A stretch of 32,000 nucleotides of DNA from an uncultured bacterium (GTDB lineage: Bacteria > Auribacterota > JACPWU01), in the NCBI GenBank assembly GCA_964640155.1, contig CAZXEQ010000001.1, positions 60,001-92,000 on the forward strand, read 5' to 3'. Below are positions 8,283-18,702 of this stretch, one piece after another. How positions within the stretch are numbered: position 1 is the stretch's first letter; every line of letters starts with the position of its first letter. The notes under the pieces are model-generated. The model was not told where the DNA came from, ran no database searches, and worked only from the letters and a program-made list of their open reading frames with translations. The translations under genes and the position numbers were made by a program.

Positions 8283-9227
8283 TCATCTTTCTAGAAACCA
8301 TTCACAAAAAAATCGAATACCATCTTCAATTGGAACCTTGACATCATATTTTAAAAGTTTTTTAGCTTTTGAAATATCTGCGCATGTGATAGGAACATCT
8401 CCGGCTTGATCTTTCATCCATTGAATTTTAGCTTTCTTTTTTAAATTTGCTTCGATCAAACGAACTAATTCAATAAGTGAAATAGTTTTAGAATCCCCTA
8501 AGTTAAAAATTTCATACGCCCATTTCCCATTTAGAACAGAAAGAATCCCCTGAACAATATCAGAGATAAAAGTGTAATCACGTGATGTATTTCCATCTCC
8601 AAACAGAGTAAGAGGTTTGCCTTCATGAATGGCTCTTGTAAATTTATGAATAGCCATTTCAGGACGTTGCCTAGGGCCATAAACTGTAAAAAATCTTAAA
8701 ACACTCATACGAATTTTATAAAGATCGTGATAGACATGACACAGAGCTTCTCCAGAAATTTTAGTTGCAGCATACGGAGAAACAGGAGACAACAATGCAT
8801 CTTCTTCAGAAAAAGGAACCCCATTACGACGTCCATACACGGATGAAGAAGAGGCAAAAATAAAATGATCTAGCTGATGAATTCTCGCCTCTTCCAAAAG
8901 ATTCAGCGTTCCATTAACATTCACATCGGCATAAAGCACAGGATCCTGAATGGAAGGACGAACCCCTGCTCTTGCAGCAAGATGAATACAAGCCTGAAAC
9001 CGATTTTTCAAAAACAGGTTCGAAAGAGTTTTTTTGTTTCGAATATCCCCTTTTACAAATTGAAACCGAACATGATCTTTAAAAAGCTTCAAATTCTCTT
9101 TTTTAAGTTTAATATCATAAAAAGGATCAAGACTATCCAGGCAAACTACTGAATGCCTTTGATCTAAAAGAGCCTCAATTAAATGAGACCCGATAAAACC
9201 AGCTCCACCCGTGACTAGAATTTTCAA
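8283..9227 (-). CDS. NAD-dependent epimerase/dehydratase, UDP-glucuronate 4-epimerase-like
   Basis: 314 aa with VTGGAGFIGSHL, SSSSVYG, the YAATK catalytic YxxxK, and LRFFTVYGPRQRPEMA, which is typical of the GAE/WcaG-like subgroup. TTG start. ugd lies two genes downstream. Confidence 0.8.
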   Translation of the reverse strand: MKILVTGGAGFIGSHLIEALLDQRHSVVCLDSLDPFYDIKLKKENLKLFKDHVRFQFVKGDIRNKKTLSNLFLKNRFQACIHLAARAGVRPSIQDPVLYADVNVNGTLNLLEEARIHQLDHFIFASSSSVYGRRNGVPFSEEDALLSPVSPYAATKISGEALCHVYHDLYKIRMSVLRFFTVYGPRQRPEMAIHKFTRAIHEGKPLTLFGDGNTSRDYTFISDIVQGILSVLNGKWAYEIFNLGDSKTISLIELVRLIEANLKKKAKIQWMKDQAGDVPITCADISKAKKLLKYDVKVPIEDGIRFFCEWFLER

Positions 9228-9263
9228 AATAAGGGCACTTTCTTTTTTATAAGCTTAGACATT

Positions 9264-9926
9264 CTATGTTCTTACTGCTTGTTCTTGAGGAACTTTTTTC
9301 CAATCATCTAGAAACTTCTTGAGCCCAATATCTGTTAAAGGATGTTTGACCAGTTTTTCCAAAACATCAAAAGGCATGGTTGCAACATGAGCTCCAATTT
9401 TAGCAGCATCTAAAACATGAATTGGATGACGAATACTTGCAACTAAAATTTCTGTTTTAAAACCATAATTTGAATAAATGGTTTTAATATCTCGAATCAA
9501 ATCCATTCCTACTTGCCCTTGATCATCCAAACGACCAATGAAAGGACTGATATAAGTTGCTCCTGCCTTTGCTGCGAGCAAAGCTTGATTGGCAGAAAAA
9601 CAAAGGGTTACATTGGTACGAATCTTTTCAGAAGATAAAATCTGAATAGCCTTTAATCCTTCTTTAATCAAAGGAACTTTGACAACAATATTTGAGTGAA
9701 TTTTTGCAAGCGCTCTTCCTTCCTTCAAAATACCCTCTGCATCCACGCTCACCACTTCTGCACTTACAGGCCCATCAATAAAAGAACATATTTCTTCTAA
9801 AACTTGCTTGAAACTTCTCCCTGTTTTAGCAATAAGACTAGGATTGGTCGTAACACCATCCACCCATCCCATACTCCATCCTTCTCGAAGCTCACGAACA
9901 TCTGCAGTATCTAAGAAAAATTTCAT
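9264..9926 (-). CDS. tal: Short-type transaldolase / fructose-6-phosphate aldolase (TalC/FSA family)
   Basis: 220 aa. [15 protein letters not shown]...GVTTNPSL, with the Schiff-base lysine context NIVVKVPL. Confidence 0.85.
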   Translation of the reverse strand: MKFFLDTADVRELREGWSMGWVDGVTTNPSLIAKTGRSFKQVLEEICSFIDGPVSAEVVSVDAEGILKEGRALAKIHSNIVVKVPLIKEGLKAIQILSSEKIRTNVTLCFSANQALLAAKAGATYISPFIGRLDDQGQVGMDLIRDIKTIYSNYGFKTEILVASIRHPIHVLDAAKIGAHVATMPFDVLEKLVKHPLTDIGLKKFLDDWKKVPQEQAVRT

Positions 9927-9951
9927 ATTATTTCCTTTTTATAAAAAAAAT

Positions 9952-10920
9952 TTATGCCTGGGAACTAGAAACCGATAGTGGTTGAATACTTTTCATCGCC
10001 AATGTTGCGGCTCCAATCAGTCCTGCATCTACTCCTAATTGTGCTGGAATAATTTGAACATGATGCCCCGGAACACTCATACTTCTTTCTTTGACTACAC
10101 ACTTTAATGGATCAAACAGAAATCGTCCAGCTTTTGAAATTCCTCCACCAATCACAATCAAATCTGGATTAAAAAAATTTACAAGTCCTGCTAAAACAAT
10201 TCCTAAATGAGTTGCTACTTCTTCCCAAACAAATCTTGCAACTTCATCTCCAGCCGCAGCAGCCTTATCCAATAATTCATGCGTTAATGATTCCGGTAGT
10301 CTTTCGGGATTTTTTAATCGATAAAGCTCAAGTGCTCTCTCTAGAATATATTTATTTCCAATAAAGCGCTCCAAACAACCTCTATTTCCGCAATTACAAA
10401 GAGGGCCGTCTCGCTGTACTACAATATGGCCAAGTTCCCCAGCTGAAAAAGTGGAACCTCGATAAAGAGCTCCTTCAACAATCACCCCTCCCCCAACTCC
10501 CGTTCCTAAAGTCACACATATGACATTTCGAGCATGCTGTGCAGAACCAAAAGCATACTCACCTAAAGCCATCACATTAACATCATTATCAATAAAAATA
10601 GGGAATTTAAATTCCTCTTTTAAAAGATCTCTTAAAAAAACATTTTCCCAGCCAGGAACATTGGTGAGAGAATAAATAAATCCTTTTTCAAAATCAACAT
10701 TCCCAGGAACCCCTATTCCTAGAGCTTGAGGAGTTTTCCCTTTTTTCTCTCCATATTTCAAAGCCTCCCGAAGGCCCTCTTTGATGGGAGCAAGAATGTC
10801 TTCACGTGAAGAACCCGCCTGAGTCGGTACTTTGTGAGACCAGAGTACTTTTGCATCAGAGTCAATAACTCCCACTCTTAAATTAGTCCCACCCATGTCA
10901 ACGCCAATGTAATAGTCCAT
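9952..10920 (-). CDS. glk: ROK-family glucokinase
   Basis: 322 aa with the ATP motif GVDMGGTNLRVG, the zinc motif CNCGNRGCLE and ELGH. Confidence 0.85.
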   Translation of the reverse strand: MDYYIGVDMGGTNLRVGVIDSDAKVLWSHKVPTQAGSSREDILAPIKEGLREALKYGEKKGKTPQALGIGVPGNVDFEKGFIYSLTNVPGWENVFLRDLLKEEFKFPIFIDNDVNVMALGEYAFGSAQHARNVICVTLGTGVGGGVIVEGALYRGSTFSAGELGHIVVQRDGPLCNCGNRGCLERFIGNKYILERALELYRLKNPERLPESLTHELLDKAAAAGDEVARFVWEEVATHLGIVLAGLVNFFNPDLIVIGGGISKAGRFLFDPLKCVVKERSMSVPGHHVQIIPAQLGVDAGLIGAATLAMKSIQPLSVSSSQA

Positions 10921-10926
10921 TATTTC

Positions 10927-11688
10927 TCACATTTTAAAAACGCTATTTGCATTTTCCCTAATCTGCCCCTGAAGCTTATCAAGACTTACCCCTTTAATTC
11001 GAGCAATTTCTTGAGCTGTTTGCTTTATAAAAGAAGGTTCATTCCTTTTTCCACGATAAGGTTCAGGAGTTAAATAAGGTGCATCTGTTTCAAAAAAGAT
11101 TTTTTCCAAAGGAATTTTTTTTACAACATCTCTTAAGTCTTCTGCCTTCTTAAACGTCACAATTCCAGAAAAAGAAATGTAAAAACCTAAATTTAACAAT
11201 GCATCTGCTGTTTCCCATGTACTTGTAAAACAGTGAATAATTCCTGTTACAGATTGATACTCTGGCATTCTCAATATTTCTAAAAGATCTTGATCGGAAT
11301 CCCGGTTATGAATGAACACGGGCAGATGAGCCTGTACTGATAAATCCAACATTTGTTGAAAAGCTTTCTTTTGTATTTCTGGAGGTTGCTTTTCATAATA
11401 ATAATCAAGTCCAATCTCACCGATCCCCTTCACTTGAGGATTTTTGATAAGCAGCGAAAATTCTTTCAATTCTTCGGAGTTTAGAACTCTTGCCACATGC
11501 GGATGCAATCCAACAGCGCATCCCACAAATGAAGAATTTTCAAAAAGATTTAATGACTTTCTCGCGGATGAAATATCCTCCGTTACATCCATCATCCATT
11601 CAACGCCTGCCTCGCGTGCCCTTTCAATAACGGCTTCACGATCTTGATCAAAAGCTGAATCATTTAAATGTGCGTGTGTATCGATCAT
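10927..11688 (-). CDS. tatD: TatD-family metal-dependent hydrolase/DNase
   Basis: 253 aa with MIDTHAHLN, GEIGLDYYY and ETDAPYLTP. Adjacent to metG, as in many bacteria. Confidence 0.9.
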   Translation of the reverse strand: MIDTHAHLNDSAFDQDREAVIERAREAGVEWMMDVTEDISSARKSLNLFENSSFVGCAVGLHPHVARVLNSEELKEFSLLIKNPQVKGIGEIGLDYYYEKQPPEIQKKAFQQMLDLSVQAHLPVFIHNRDSDQDLLEILRMPEYQSVTGIIHCFTSTWETADALLNLGFYISFSGIVTFKKAEDLRDVVKKIPLEKIFFETDAPYLTPEPYRGKRNEPSFIKQTAQEIARIKGVSLDKLQGQIRENANSVFKM

Positions 11689-11712
11689 TTAAAATTCTTA
11701 ATTTCTTTTATC

Positions 11713-13251
11713 TCAAACCGGTCTTGGAAAGAGAGGTTCTAATTGACCTAAACGAACACCCGAAGGTAACTGTCCCCAAATTTCTAGATCTGAAAAATTT
11801 CTAAAAAATTTATCTGTCGTAAGGCCCAATTGCAAACGGATGCGTTCAGATGTTTGTGGCATAAAAGGTTCAATTAAAAGAGAAATTCTTGCAATGCCTT
11901 CTGCCAAAAGATAAAGAACTGCTCCTAATCTTCCTTTTTGCGCCGGGTCCTTGGCTAAACCCCAAGGCGCCATTTCTCCAACATAACCATTATATTTTTG
12001 AATTAAACTCCAAAGTTGGACTAAGGCCTCGCTAAATTTAAAATGCTCCATACCCTCTACAAAACTGCGATAAATACTTTTCGAAGCCTCTATGATTTCA
12101 TGATCTCTCGCATTATATGAAGAAGGTTTAGGTATAACTCCATCAAAATAGCGTTGAACCATCGAAAGGGTTCTCTGAATGAGATTACCTAAATCATTCG
12201 CTAAATCAGCTTCGTAACGCGTTGTGAATGCTTCCCATGAAAAATCACCATCTCGATCGAAAGGGACTTCTCTCATGAGAAAATAACGCAAAGCATCTGA
12301 ACCAAATTTTTCGGCAGCTTCCACAGGTCCTATTAAAGTTCCTGTGGTCTTACTCATTTTTTCTCCCTTCAAATAAACAAAACCGTGTCCAAAAACTGTT
12401 TGAGGGAGTTCAAGACCTAAACTCATCAACATCGCAGGCCAAATAACACAATGAAAACGCGTAATATCCTTTCCAATCACATGAACCTGCGCCGGCCACC
12501 AATCTCTGAAACGTTCCAAATCATAAGGATAGCCAATGGCAGAAATATAATTGATCAGGGCATCAAACCATACATATACAACTTGCTCAGAATCAAAAGG
12601 CAAAGGAATCCCCCAATTCACCCCAGATCTTGAAATACTAATATCTTCTAAACCTCCCTCAATCACATTAAGAATCTCGTTATATCTAACTTTAGGGAGA
12701 ATAAACGAAGGTGTCGTTTGAAGCAGGCGTTTTAATGCTTCCTCATAACGAGATAAAGCAAAGAAATAATTTTTCTCACGAATCCAATCCGGCTTTAATT
12801 TATGAGTCGCACATGCCCCATCGACAAGATCTGCCTCTTTTAAAAAAGCTTCGCAAGAATTACAATACCATCCTTCATAGTTTCCAAGGTAAATGTCTCC
12901 CTTTTGGAAAATGGCCTGAAAAACATGTTGCACTGTCTTAACATGATTAGGATCACTGGTTCGAATAAACTGATCATACGTAATCCCTAGAGACTTCCAG
13001 ACCTCTTCAAACTGGGAAGCCAAATCATCACAATATTGTTGAACAGGAATAGCTCTTTTATTTGCTTCACGCTCGACGTTAACACTGTGTTCATCTACTC
13101 CCATCAAAAAAAAGACTTCCCGTCCTTGAAGCCTTCTAAAACGAGCCATCACATCAGCACCAATTTTTTCATAAGCGGTGCCTAAGTGAGGCAATGCATT
13201 GACATAATCAATGGCTGTGGTTAAAAAATATTTATCGCTTCCTTTTGTCAT
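11713..13251 (-). CDS. metG: Methionine--tRNA ligase (short form, no C-terminal Trbp111-like domain)
   Basis: 512 aa with YFLTTAIDYVNALPHLGTAY (the HIGH region, here HLGT), a Cys knuckle WYCNSCEAF...C.TH, and KMSKT. The start overlaps the ricT 3' end by 20 nt. Confidence 0.9.
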   Translation of the reverse strand: MTKGSDKYFLTTAIDYVNALPHLGTAYEKIGADVMARFRRLQGREVFFLMGVDEHSVNVEREANKRAIPVQQYCDDLASQFEEVWKSLGITYDQFIRTSDPNHVKTVQHVFQAIFQKGDIYLGNYEGWYCNSCEAFLKEADLVDGACATHKLKPDWIREKNYFFALSRYEEALKRLLQTTPSFILPKVRYNEILNVIEGGLEDISISRSGVNWGIPLPFDSEQVVYVWFDALINYISAIGYPYDLERFRDWWPAQVHVIGKDITRFHCVIWPAMLMSLGLELPQTVFGHGFVYLKGEKMSKTTGTLIGPVEAAEKFGSDALRYFLMREVPFDRDGDFSWEAFTTRYEADLANDLGNLIQRTLSMVQRYFDGVIPKPSSYNARDHEIIEASKSIYRSFVEGMEHFKFSEALVQLWSLIQKYNGYVGEMAPWGLAKDPAQKGRLGAVLYLLAEGIARISLLIEPFMPQTSERIRLQLGLTTDKFFRNFSDLEIWGQLPSGVRLGQLEPLFPRPV

Positions 13252-14068
13252 CTTCTTTCTCCATCAAAGTAATTTCACTTACAGGGCATTGAGCGTGTCG
13301 CTCATCTTCAAGTCGAACCGTCACTGTTTGGCGCAAAATATCTCCAGAAAGAATACACCCTTTCCCTAATTTGGTCACAACATAGGAACCATCATCTGGC
13401 ATCGTTTTTGAAAGCTCTTCATAAGTTTCTAATTCAAATTTCAGACAGCATTTCAGCTGCCCACATAGTCCTAATAACTTTTCCTGATGAACAGGTAAGC
13501 GTTGGACTTTTGCCATTTTGGTCGTAATCGTATCAAAATGCGTCATGAATTGCGTGCAACAAATTTCGGCCTTTCCACAAGGGGCAATTCCCCCAATCAC
13601 TTTAGCTTCATCTCTAGCTCCAATTTGATGCAAATCGATACGCGCTTTGAAAAGTGTAGCTAGATCTCTCACCAAAGCTCTAAAATCAATTCGATCCGCT
13701 GCCGTAAAGTAAAAAACGAGTTTATGTCGATCAAAACTATATTCTCCTGATAAAACACGTATGGGCAAACGATGTAATGCAATTCTCTCACGACAAGGCG
13801 TTAAAGTGTCCTTTGCTAAGATACGGTTTTTCTCAATTTGCTCCAGATCTGCAGGCGTGGCTTGACGAATCAGATGATAAACAGGAACTTCATTTGAAAT
13901 TTGAACACGAAACTTGGAGTGATCAGAAGTTGCAACCACTTTTCCATAATCTAATCCATAGTCTGATTTTACAATACAAATATCACCAAAATTAATCTCT
14001 TGAGCCCCTATATCCAGTGATTCAATTCGACCAAAGTCCCTCATTTGAATTTCTAAATTATTTTTCAT
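13232..14068 (-). CDS. ricT: PSP1-domain protein (RicT/YaaT-like)
   Basis: 278 aa with the PSP1 C-terminal region FTAADRIDFRALVRDLATLFKARIDLHQIGARDEAK and Cys clusters (CGKAEICC, CGQLKCC). The ATGA overlap with the holB stop suggests translational coupling. Confidence 0.8.
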   Translation of the reverse strand: MKNNLEIQMRDFGRIESLDIGAQEINFGDICIVKSDYGLDYGKVVATSDHSKFRVQISNEVPVYHLIRQATPADLEQIEKNRILAKDTLTPCRERIALHRLPIRVLSGEYSFDRHKLVFYFTAADRIDFRALVRDLATLFKARIDLHQIGARDEAKVIGGIAPCGKAEICCTQFMTHFDTITTKMAKVQRLPVHQEKLLGLCGQLKCCLKFELETYEELSKTMPDDGSYVVTKLGKGCILSGDILRQTVTVRLEDERHAQCPVSEITLMEKEDDKRKR

Positions 14069-15093
14069 GAACCTTTTTTCTCAAAATCAGGCCTTATTTT
14101 CATCAGCAATACTTCCATAACCCACTTCAGCTGAGCTCCTCTATCCAAAAATCTCTTCGATTCTTCAACTGCTTCCATCCATTGAGGAAACTTTGGAACA
14201 AATCCTTTCTCAGAAAATGTCCAAAGCCAAGTGAGAATAAGGCGCAAAAATTCTCTTAAAATTCGAGAACGCTCACCAGAAAGAAAAGCCTTTTTTTCTT
14301 CCTCGGCTCTTTTTTTAGCAGAAGGATCCTCCTCATTTTCTTCGGAATCAATTTTTTCTTCCAGAAGCTCAATCTCACTCTCAACTTCCTGAACAATACG
14401 TTCTGCTTGACCAAAAACAGAAACAAAAGATCCTGATAATCCTCGTTCAAATGATTTTAAAAGATTTTTTTTCTTTTCCCACACACCTGTCTCAATTAAA
14501 TGTTTAGCTCTGGCAATACTCCCATCCGCTAATTCTTTCAAAATATTTAAAAAAGCAGAATTTTCCTCACATTCTGGAAACATCTCTAATGAAAATTTTT
14601 CTGACTTAGATCGAAAGGGAAAAAGTTGACATCGGGATAGAATGGTTGGAAGAAGACTTTCGGGATGACTTGTAGTTAAAACAATAAAAGTTTGAGGAGG
14701 TGGTTCCTCCAAAACTTTTAACAGGGCATTCGCTGCTGTCACGTGAAGACAATCTGCTTCTTGCAAAATATAAATCTTTGCTTTTCCTTCAAAAGACTTG
14801 AAAGAAGCTTGATTCTGAAGCTCTCGAATCTGATCAATACGAATACTTCTTAAAGCCCCATGAGGAGTCCAGGTCATCACATCCGGATGAATGCCTTTTT
14901 CTATTTTCTGACAAGAAACACATTTCTGACAAGGTTCCTTCATTTTTTCAAAAGAGAGACAATTCAAAGCCTTTGCAAACCATTTACCCGCTTCTGATAA
15001 AGCAGAAATATCAGGGCCATAAAAAAGGCAGGCATGCGCTGCTCGATTAGAAAAAAGAGACTGTTGTAGAAAATGAATGTTTTTAGTCTGCAT
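14065..15093 (-). CDS. holB: DNA polymerase III delta-prime subunit
   Basis: 342 aa with HACLFYGP, a zinc module C..C..C-like CQKCVSCQKIEKGIHPDV, and LLKVLEEPP. Sits in the tmk-holB-ricT order. Confidence 0.8.
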   Translation of the reverse strand: MQTKNIHFLQQSLFSNRAAHACLFYGPDISALSEAGKWFAKALNCLSFEKMKEPCQKCVSCQKIEKGIHPDVMTWTPHGALRSIRIDQIRELQNQASFKSFEGKAKIYILQEADCLHVTAANALLKVLEEPPPQTFIVLTTSHPESLLPTILSRCQLFPFRSKSEKFSLEMFPECEENSAFLNILKELADGSIARAKHLIETGVWEKKKNLLKSFERGLSGSFVSVFGQAERIVQEVESEIELLEEKIDSEENEEDPSAKKRAEEEKKAFLSGERSRILREFLRLILTWLWTFSEKGFVPKFPQWMEAVEESKRFLDRGAQLKWVMEVLLMKIRPDFEKKGS

Positions 15094-15100
15094 AGAATAT

Positions 15101-15736
15101 TTAGAAATTAGATTCGAGCTTTTCTATTAATTGAATAGCTTCTTTTTTAACATCTTCAAAAGCTTGGTCAGCTCGTATAACTCGAATCCTTTTAGGTTCT
15201 TTCTTGGCTAAAGTCAAAAAGCCCTTACGAAGTTTACGGTGAAAAGAAAGTTCTTCAGCTTCCAGACGATCCTTTTTTCCTCTGGATTTAAATGCCCTTG
15301 GCAAACCTTTTTCAGGTGCAATATCTAAAAGTAAAGTCAAATCGGGAATGAGTCCTCCGGTTGCTTTTTCATTGAGTCGAGCAATCAAATCTAAATCTAA
15401 ACCTCTCCCATAGCCTTGATAAGCCGTTGTAGAGTCATAAAAGCGACAACAAATCACAACTCTATTTTTGTCTAAAGCAGGCCCAATCACCTCTTCAACA
15501 TGCTGAGCACGATCTGCCTCAAAAAGAAAAAGTTCTGCCCAAGCATTGGTCAAATAAGACTGATGAAGAAGCTCTTGACGAAGAACTTGTCCCAAAGCAC
15601 TTCCTCCAGGTTCATAAGTCAAAAATACAGGAACATTCTTTGATTGGAGAAATTCGAAAAGTGCTTCTGCCAATGTTGTTTTACCACTACCTTCCGGGCC
15701 TTCGATCGTGATGAAAAAACCTTTTTTCCGTTTCAC
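15101..15736 (-). CDS. tmk: Thymidylate kinase
   Basis: 211 aa with the P-loop FITIEGPEGSGKTT and the DR motif FEADRAQH. GTG start preceded by GGAG with a 5-nt spacer. Confidence 0.9.
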   Translation of the reverse strand: MKRKKGFFITIEGPEGSGKTTLAEALFEFLQSKNVPVFLTYEPGGSALGQVLRQELLHQSYLTNAWAELFLFEADRAQHVEEVIGPALDKNRVVICCRFYDSTTAYQGYGRGLDLDLIARLNEKATGGLIPDLTLLLDIAPEKGLPRAFKSRGKKDRLEAEELSFHRKLRKGFLTLAKKEPKRIRVIRADQAFEDVKKEAIQLIEKLESNF

Positions 15737-15797
15737 TGTATCTCCGAAAGCATCAAGATTAAAACATTAATTTTTTTGATTTGTATTTTTCAAGAAC

Positions 15798-17246
15798 CTA
15801 TTTTCTGATCACCTTTACTCCATCCTTCTCATCTTGTATCACAATCCCCTTAGCAATAAGAAAATTTCGAATTTCATCTGAGAAAGACCAAAGTTTTTGA
15901 CGACGTGCACTTTCACGAGATCTTACAAGGTATTCAATTTCTTGATCGGTCAAACGATTGGCTCGAAGAAGAGCTCTCACTTTTTCTTCTTCAAATGTAA
16001 TTTCTTCTTTAATCTTATGGATTTTCCCTGTATCCACTTGAAGTCCCAATACATCCAACATCTTTAGAAGAACAGAAAATCCATTTTTCAAAGAGTCTAA
16101 ATTATCATGATCGATATCTTGATTTATTTGTGTCAAAAGTTTAAAAAGAACACCCAAAGCCTTGGGTGTATTGAAATCATCTTCCATCGCTTCTTGAAAA
16201 AGTAAAAACCATTCTTTCCCTTGTGTTGAGAACGCGTCCATTTTAGGGCGAGCCCCTAATTTTTCTTCTGCCCGAGCCACAGTCGTTTCAATACGTTCGA
16301 ATGCTTGTCCCGATTCGCTAATCGCCTCAAAAGAAAAATCCATAGGGGTACGATAATGTTTTGAGAGAATAAAATAACGAATAACACGTGGGAAATATCG
16401 TTTTAATAATTCTTTCAAAACAAAAACATTTCCCAAAGATTTGCTCATTTTAGTTTGATCGATCATGATCATTTCATTGTGAATCCACACCTTAGCAAAA
16501 TCATGTTTCGAAAAACCTTCTGATTGGGCAATCTCATTTTCATGATGAGGGAAGATCAAATCTGAACCTCCACCATGAATATCAAAGGTCTCACCTAAAT
16601 GTTTCATACTCATAGCTGAACATTCAATATGCCATCCTGGTCTACCCGGACCCCAAGGACTTTCCCACGAAGGCTCTCCAGGTTTTGTGCCCTTCCACAA
16701 TGCAAAATCTTCTGGATGAGTTTTTTTCTCATCTGGATTAATTCTGGCTCCTACTTTCATTTCATCGAGAGTTCTGCGAGAAAGTTTCCCATAAGGGGAA
16801 AATTTTGCGACTTCAAAATAGACATCTCCTCCAACAGCATAAGCCAATCCATTTTTGATCAAACCTTGAATCACTTTAACCATCTCCTGAATATGCCCAG
16901 TGGCCCTAGGCTGAATCGTAGGCTCAATCACATTCAAAAGCTTCATTTCATCTTGATATTCTTGAATATATTTTTGAGTTAACGATTGATAATCAACCCC
17001 TAGCTCTTGTGTTCGCTTAATAATTTTGTCATCAATATCCGTGAAATTTCGAACATAAGTCACATCCAAACCAGAGTTTTTAAGAAAACGATAAATGACA
17101 TCAAAAACAATGGCTGCTCGTGCATGACCAATATGGCAAGAATCATAAACAGTCACTCCACAAACATACATACGGACTTTACCGGGTGTCAAAGGAGTGA
17201 GAATTTCTTTTTCTCGGGTTAACGTATTGTAAATTTTAATAGGCAT
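15798..17246 (-). CDS. cysS: Cysteine--tRNA ligase
   Basis: 482 aa with CGVTVYDSCHIGHAR (HIGH) and KMSKSLGN. Confidence 0.95.
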   Translation of the reverse strand: MPIKIYNTLTREKEILTPLTPGKVRMYVCGVTVYDSCHIGHARAAIVFDVIYRFLKNSGLDVTYVRNFTDIDDKIIKRTQELGVDYQSLTQKYIQEYQDEMKLLNVIEPTIQPRATGHIQEMVKVIQGLIKNGLAYAVGGDVYFEVAKFSPYGKLSRRTLDEMKVGARINPDEKKTHPEDFALWKGTKPGEPSWESPWGPGRPGWHIECSAMSMKHLGETFDIHGGGSDLIFPHHENEIAQSEGFSKHDFAKVWIHNEMIMIDQTKMSKSLGNVFVLKELLKRYFPRVIRYFILSKHYRTPMDFSFEAISESGQAFERIETTVARAEEKLGARPKMDAFSTQGKEWFLLFQEAMEDDFNTPKALGVLFKLLTQINQDIDHDNLDSLKNGFSVLLKMLDVLGLQVDTGKIHKIKEEITFEEEKVRALLRANRLTDQEIEYLVRSRESARRQKLWSFSDEIRNFLIAKGIVIQDEKDGVKVIRK

Positions 17247-17253
17247 ACCAACC

Positions 17254-18702
17254 TTACATTTGTTCGATTTTCTGCACTGCTTTTTTCAGCCTTCGCATCA
17301 CTTCTATTTTCCCCATAACAGGGCATAAATCTTTAAGTTCAGGTCCATGAGGATGACCCGTAAGAGCCAAACGAAAGATAGGATAAAATTCATTACCCTT
17401 TACACCTAATTCTTTCTGACAAATCGAAAGAGATTTTACAGGGAAATCCGGACCGGTCCAGTCCTTTTCCAAAGCTTCTAAAACCTTCATTAAAACATCT
17501 TTAGACCTTGGCAAAGCAAACGCTTTTTGAACTTCTTCTTGGGTTAAATCTGCCTCTTCAAGAAAGACCTTCAATTCCTTTACTAACTCTTTTAACGTCC
17601 CTGCCCTATCCTTCACAAAATCAATCATCTTGTAAACCTGAGCACGATCAATCTCTCCTGAAATAGACTCAGGAAAATGTTCTTCCAAATTCAGAAAAAT
17701 TTCTTCCGCTGAAATTCGTTTTAAATGTTCTTTTCCTATCCAATGAAGTTTCTCAGGATTAAAAATAGCCGGAGAACCTACCACACGCTCGATAGAAAAT
17801 TTTTCAACAAGTTCCTTCCTGCTGAAAATTTCCTGATCATCTCCATTGGACCAACCTAAAAGTGCCATATAATTGAGTAAAGTTTGAGCCAAATATCCTT
17901 CATCACAATAAAATCCAACAGAAGTCGCTCCATGCCTCTTGCTAAGGCGAGTTCCATCAGGGCCTAAGATCATCGATAAATGCGCAAACTGAGGCACATC
18001 AAATCCCATCGCATTAAAAAGCAAAACGTGACGAGGGGTATTGGACAAATGATCTTCTCCTCGAATGACATGACTGATTTTCATGAGTCCATCATCAACA
18101 GCCACTGCAAAATGGAATGTTGGAAAGCCATCTGATTTAAAAATGACAAAATCACCAAAAAGGGCTGTATCAAAAGTGACTTCACCCCGTACCAAGTCTT
18201 GAATTTTTACAATCTGAGGCTCTACTTTAAATCGAATCACTCCAATACGACCTTCCGATTCATACTTTAATTTTTCTTCCCGAGTCAAAAAACGGCAGCG
18301 ATTATCGTATCGAGGAGCAAGGCCTTTTTCTTGAGACATTTGACGACGAGCTTCTAATTCTGCACTGGAGCAATAACATAAATAGGTCTGCCCCTTTTCT
18401 TCTAATTTTTTGGCATACTCACGATAAATCCCAATCCTTTCAGACTGAAGATAAGGACCAAACTCACCTCCAGCCTCAGGACCCTCATCCCAATCAAGAC
18501 CCAACCATCTCAAATCTTCCAAAATCATTCTGGAAAATTCAGGTCTGGATCTCTCTTGATCTGTATCCTCAATTCTTAAAATAAATGTTCCGCCCAGTCT
18601 TCTTGCCAAAAGCCAATTAAAAATGGCTGTTCGAGCATTGCCTAAATGCAGCTCTCCCGTCGGACTAGGTGCAAAACGTACGCGAATCTTGGATTTTTCC
18701 AT
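17254..18702 (-). CDS. gltX: Glutamate--tRNA ligase
   Basis: 482 aa with RFAPSPTGELHLGNARTA and the LSKRHG (KMSKS-equivalent) motif. No SD is visible upstream of the ATG. Confidence 0.95.
   Translation of the reverse strand: MEKSKIRVRFAPSPTGELHLGNARTAIFNWLLARRLGGTFILRIEDTDQERSRPEFSRMILEDLRWLGLDWDEGPEAGGEFGPYLQSERIGIYREYAKKLEEKGQTYLCYCSSAELEARRQMSQEKGLAPRYDNRCRFLTREEKLKYESEGRIGVIRFKVEPQIVKIQDLVRGEVTFDTALFGDFVIFKSDGFPTFHFAVAVDDGLMKISHVIRGEDHLSNTPRHVLLFNAMGFDVPQFAHLSMILGPDGTRLSKRHGATSVGFYCDEGYLAQTLLNYMALLGWSNGDDQEIFSRKELVEKFSIERVVGSPAIFNPEKLHWIGKEHLKRISAEEIFLNLEEHFPESISGEIDRAQVYKMIDFVKDRAGTLKELVKELKVFLEEADLTQEEVQKAFALPRSKDVLMKVLEALEKDWTGPDFPVKSLSICQKELGVKGNEFYPIFRLALTGHPHGPELKDLCPVMGKIEVMRRLKKAVQKIEQM

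Noticed and set aside
7946-8301. Small ORFs in the epimerase-lptD spacer (7946-8137 +, 7983-8201 +, 8080-8301 -).
   Set aside because: They have no SD, they mutually overlap, and their sequences are not protein-like. The region is better explained by a structured RNA or by promoter sequence. Some residual uncertainty remains for 7983-8201.
14256-14450. A K/L/F-rich 64-aa ORF in an alternative frame of holB.
   Set aside because: It lies within the acidic/K-rich low-complexity insert of HolB. It is a frame-shifted reading of a GAA/AAG-rich sequence.
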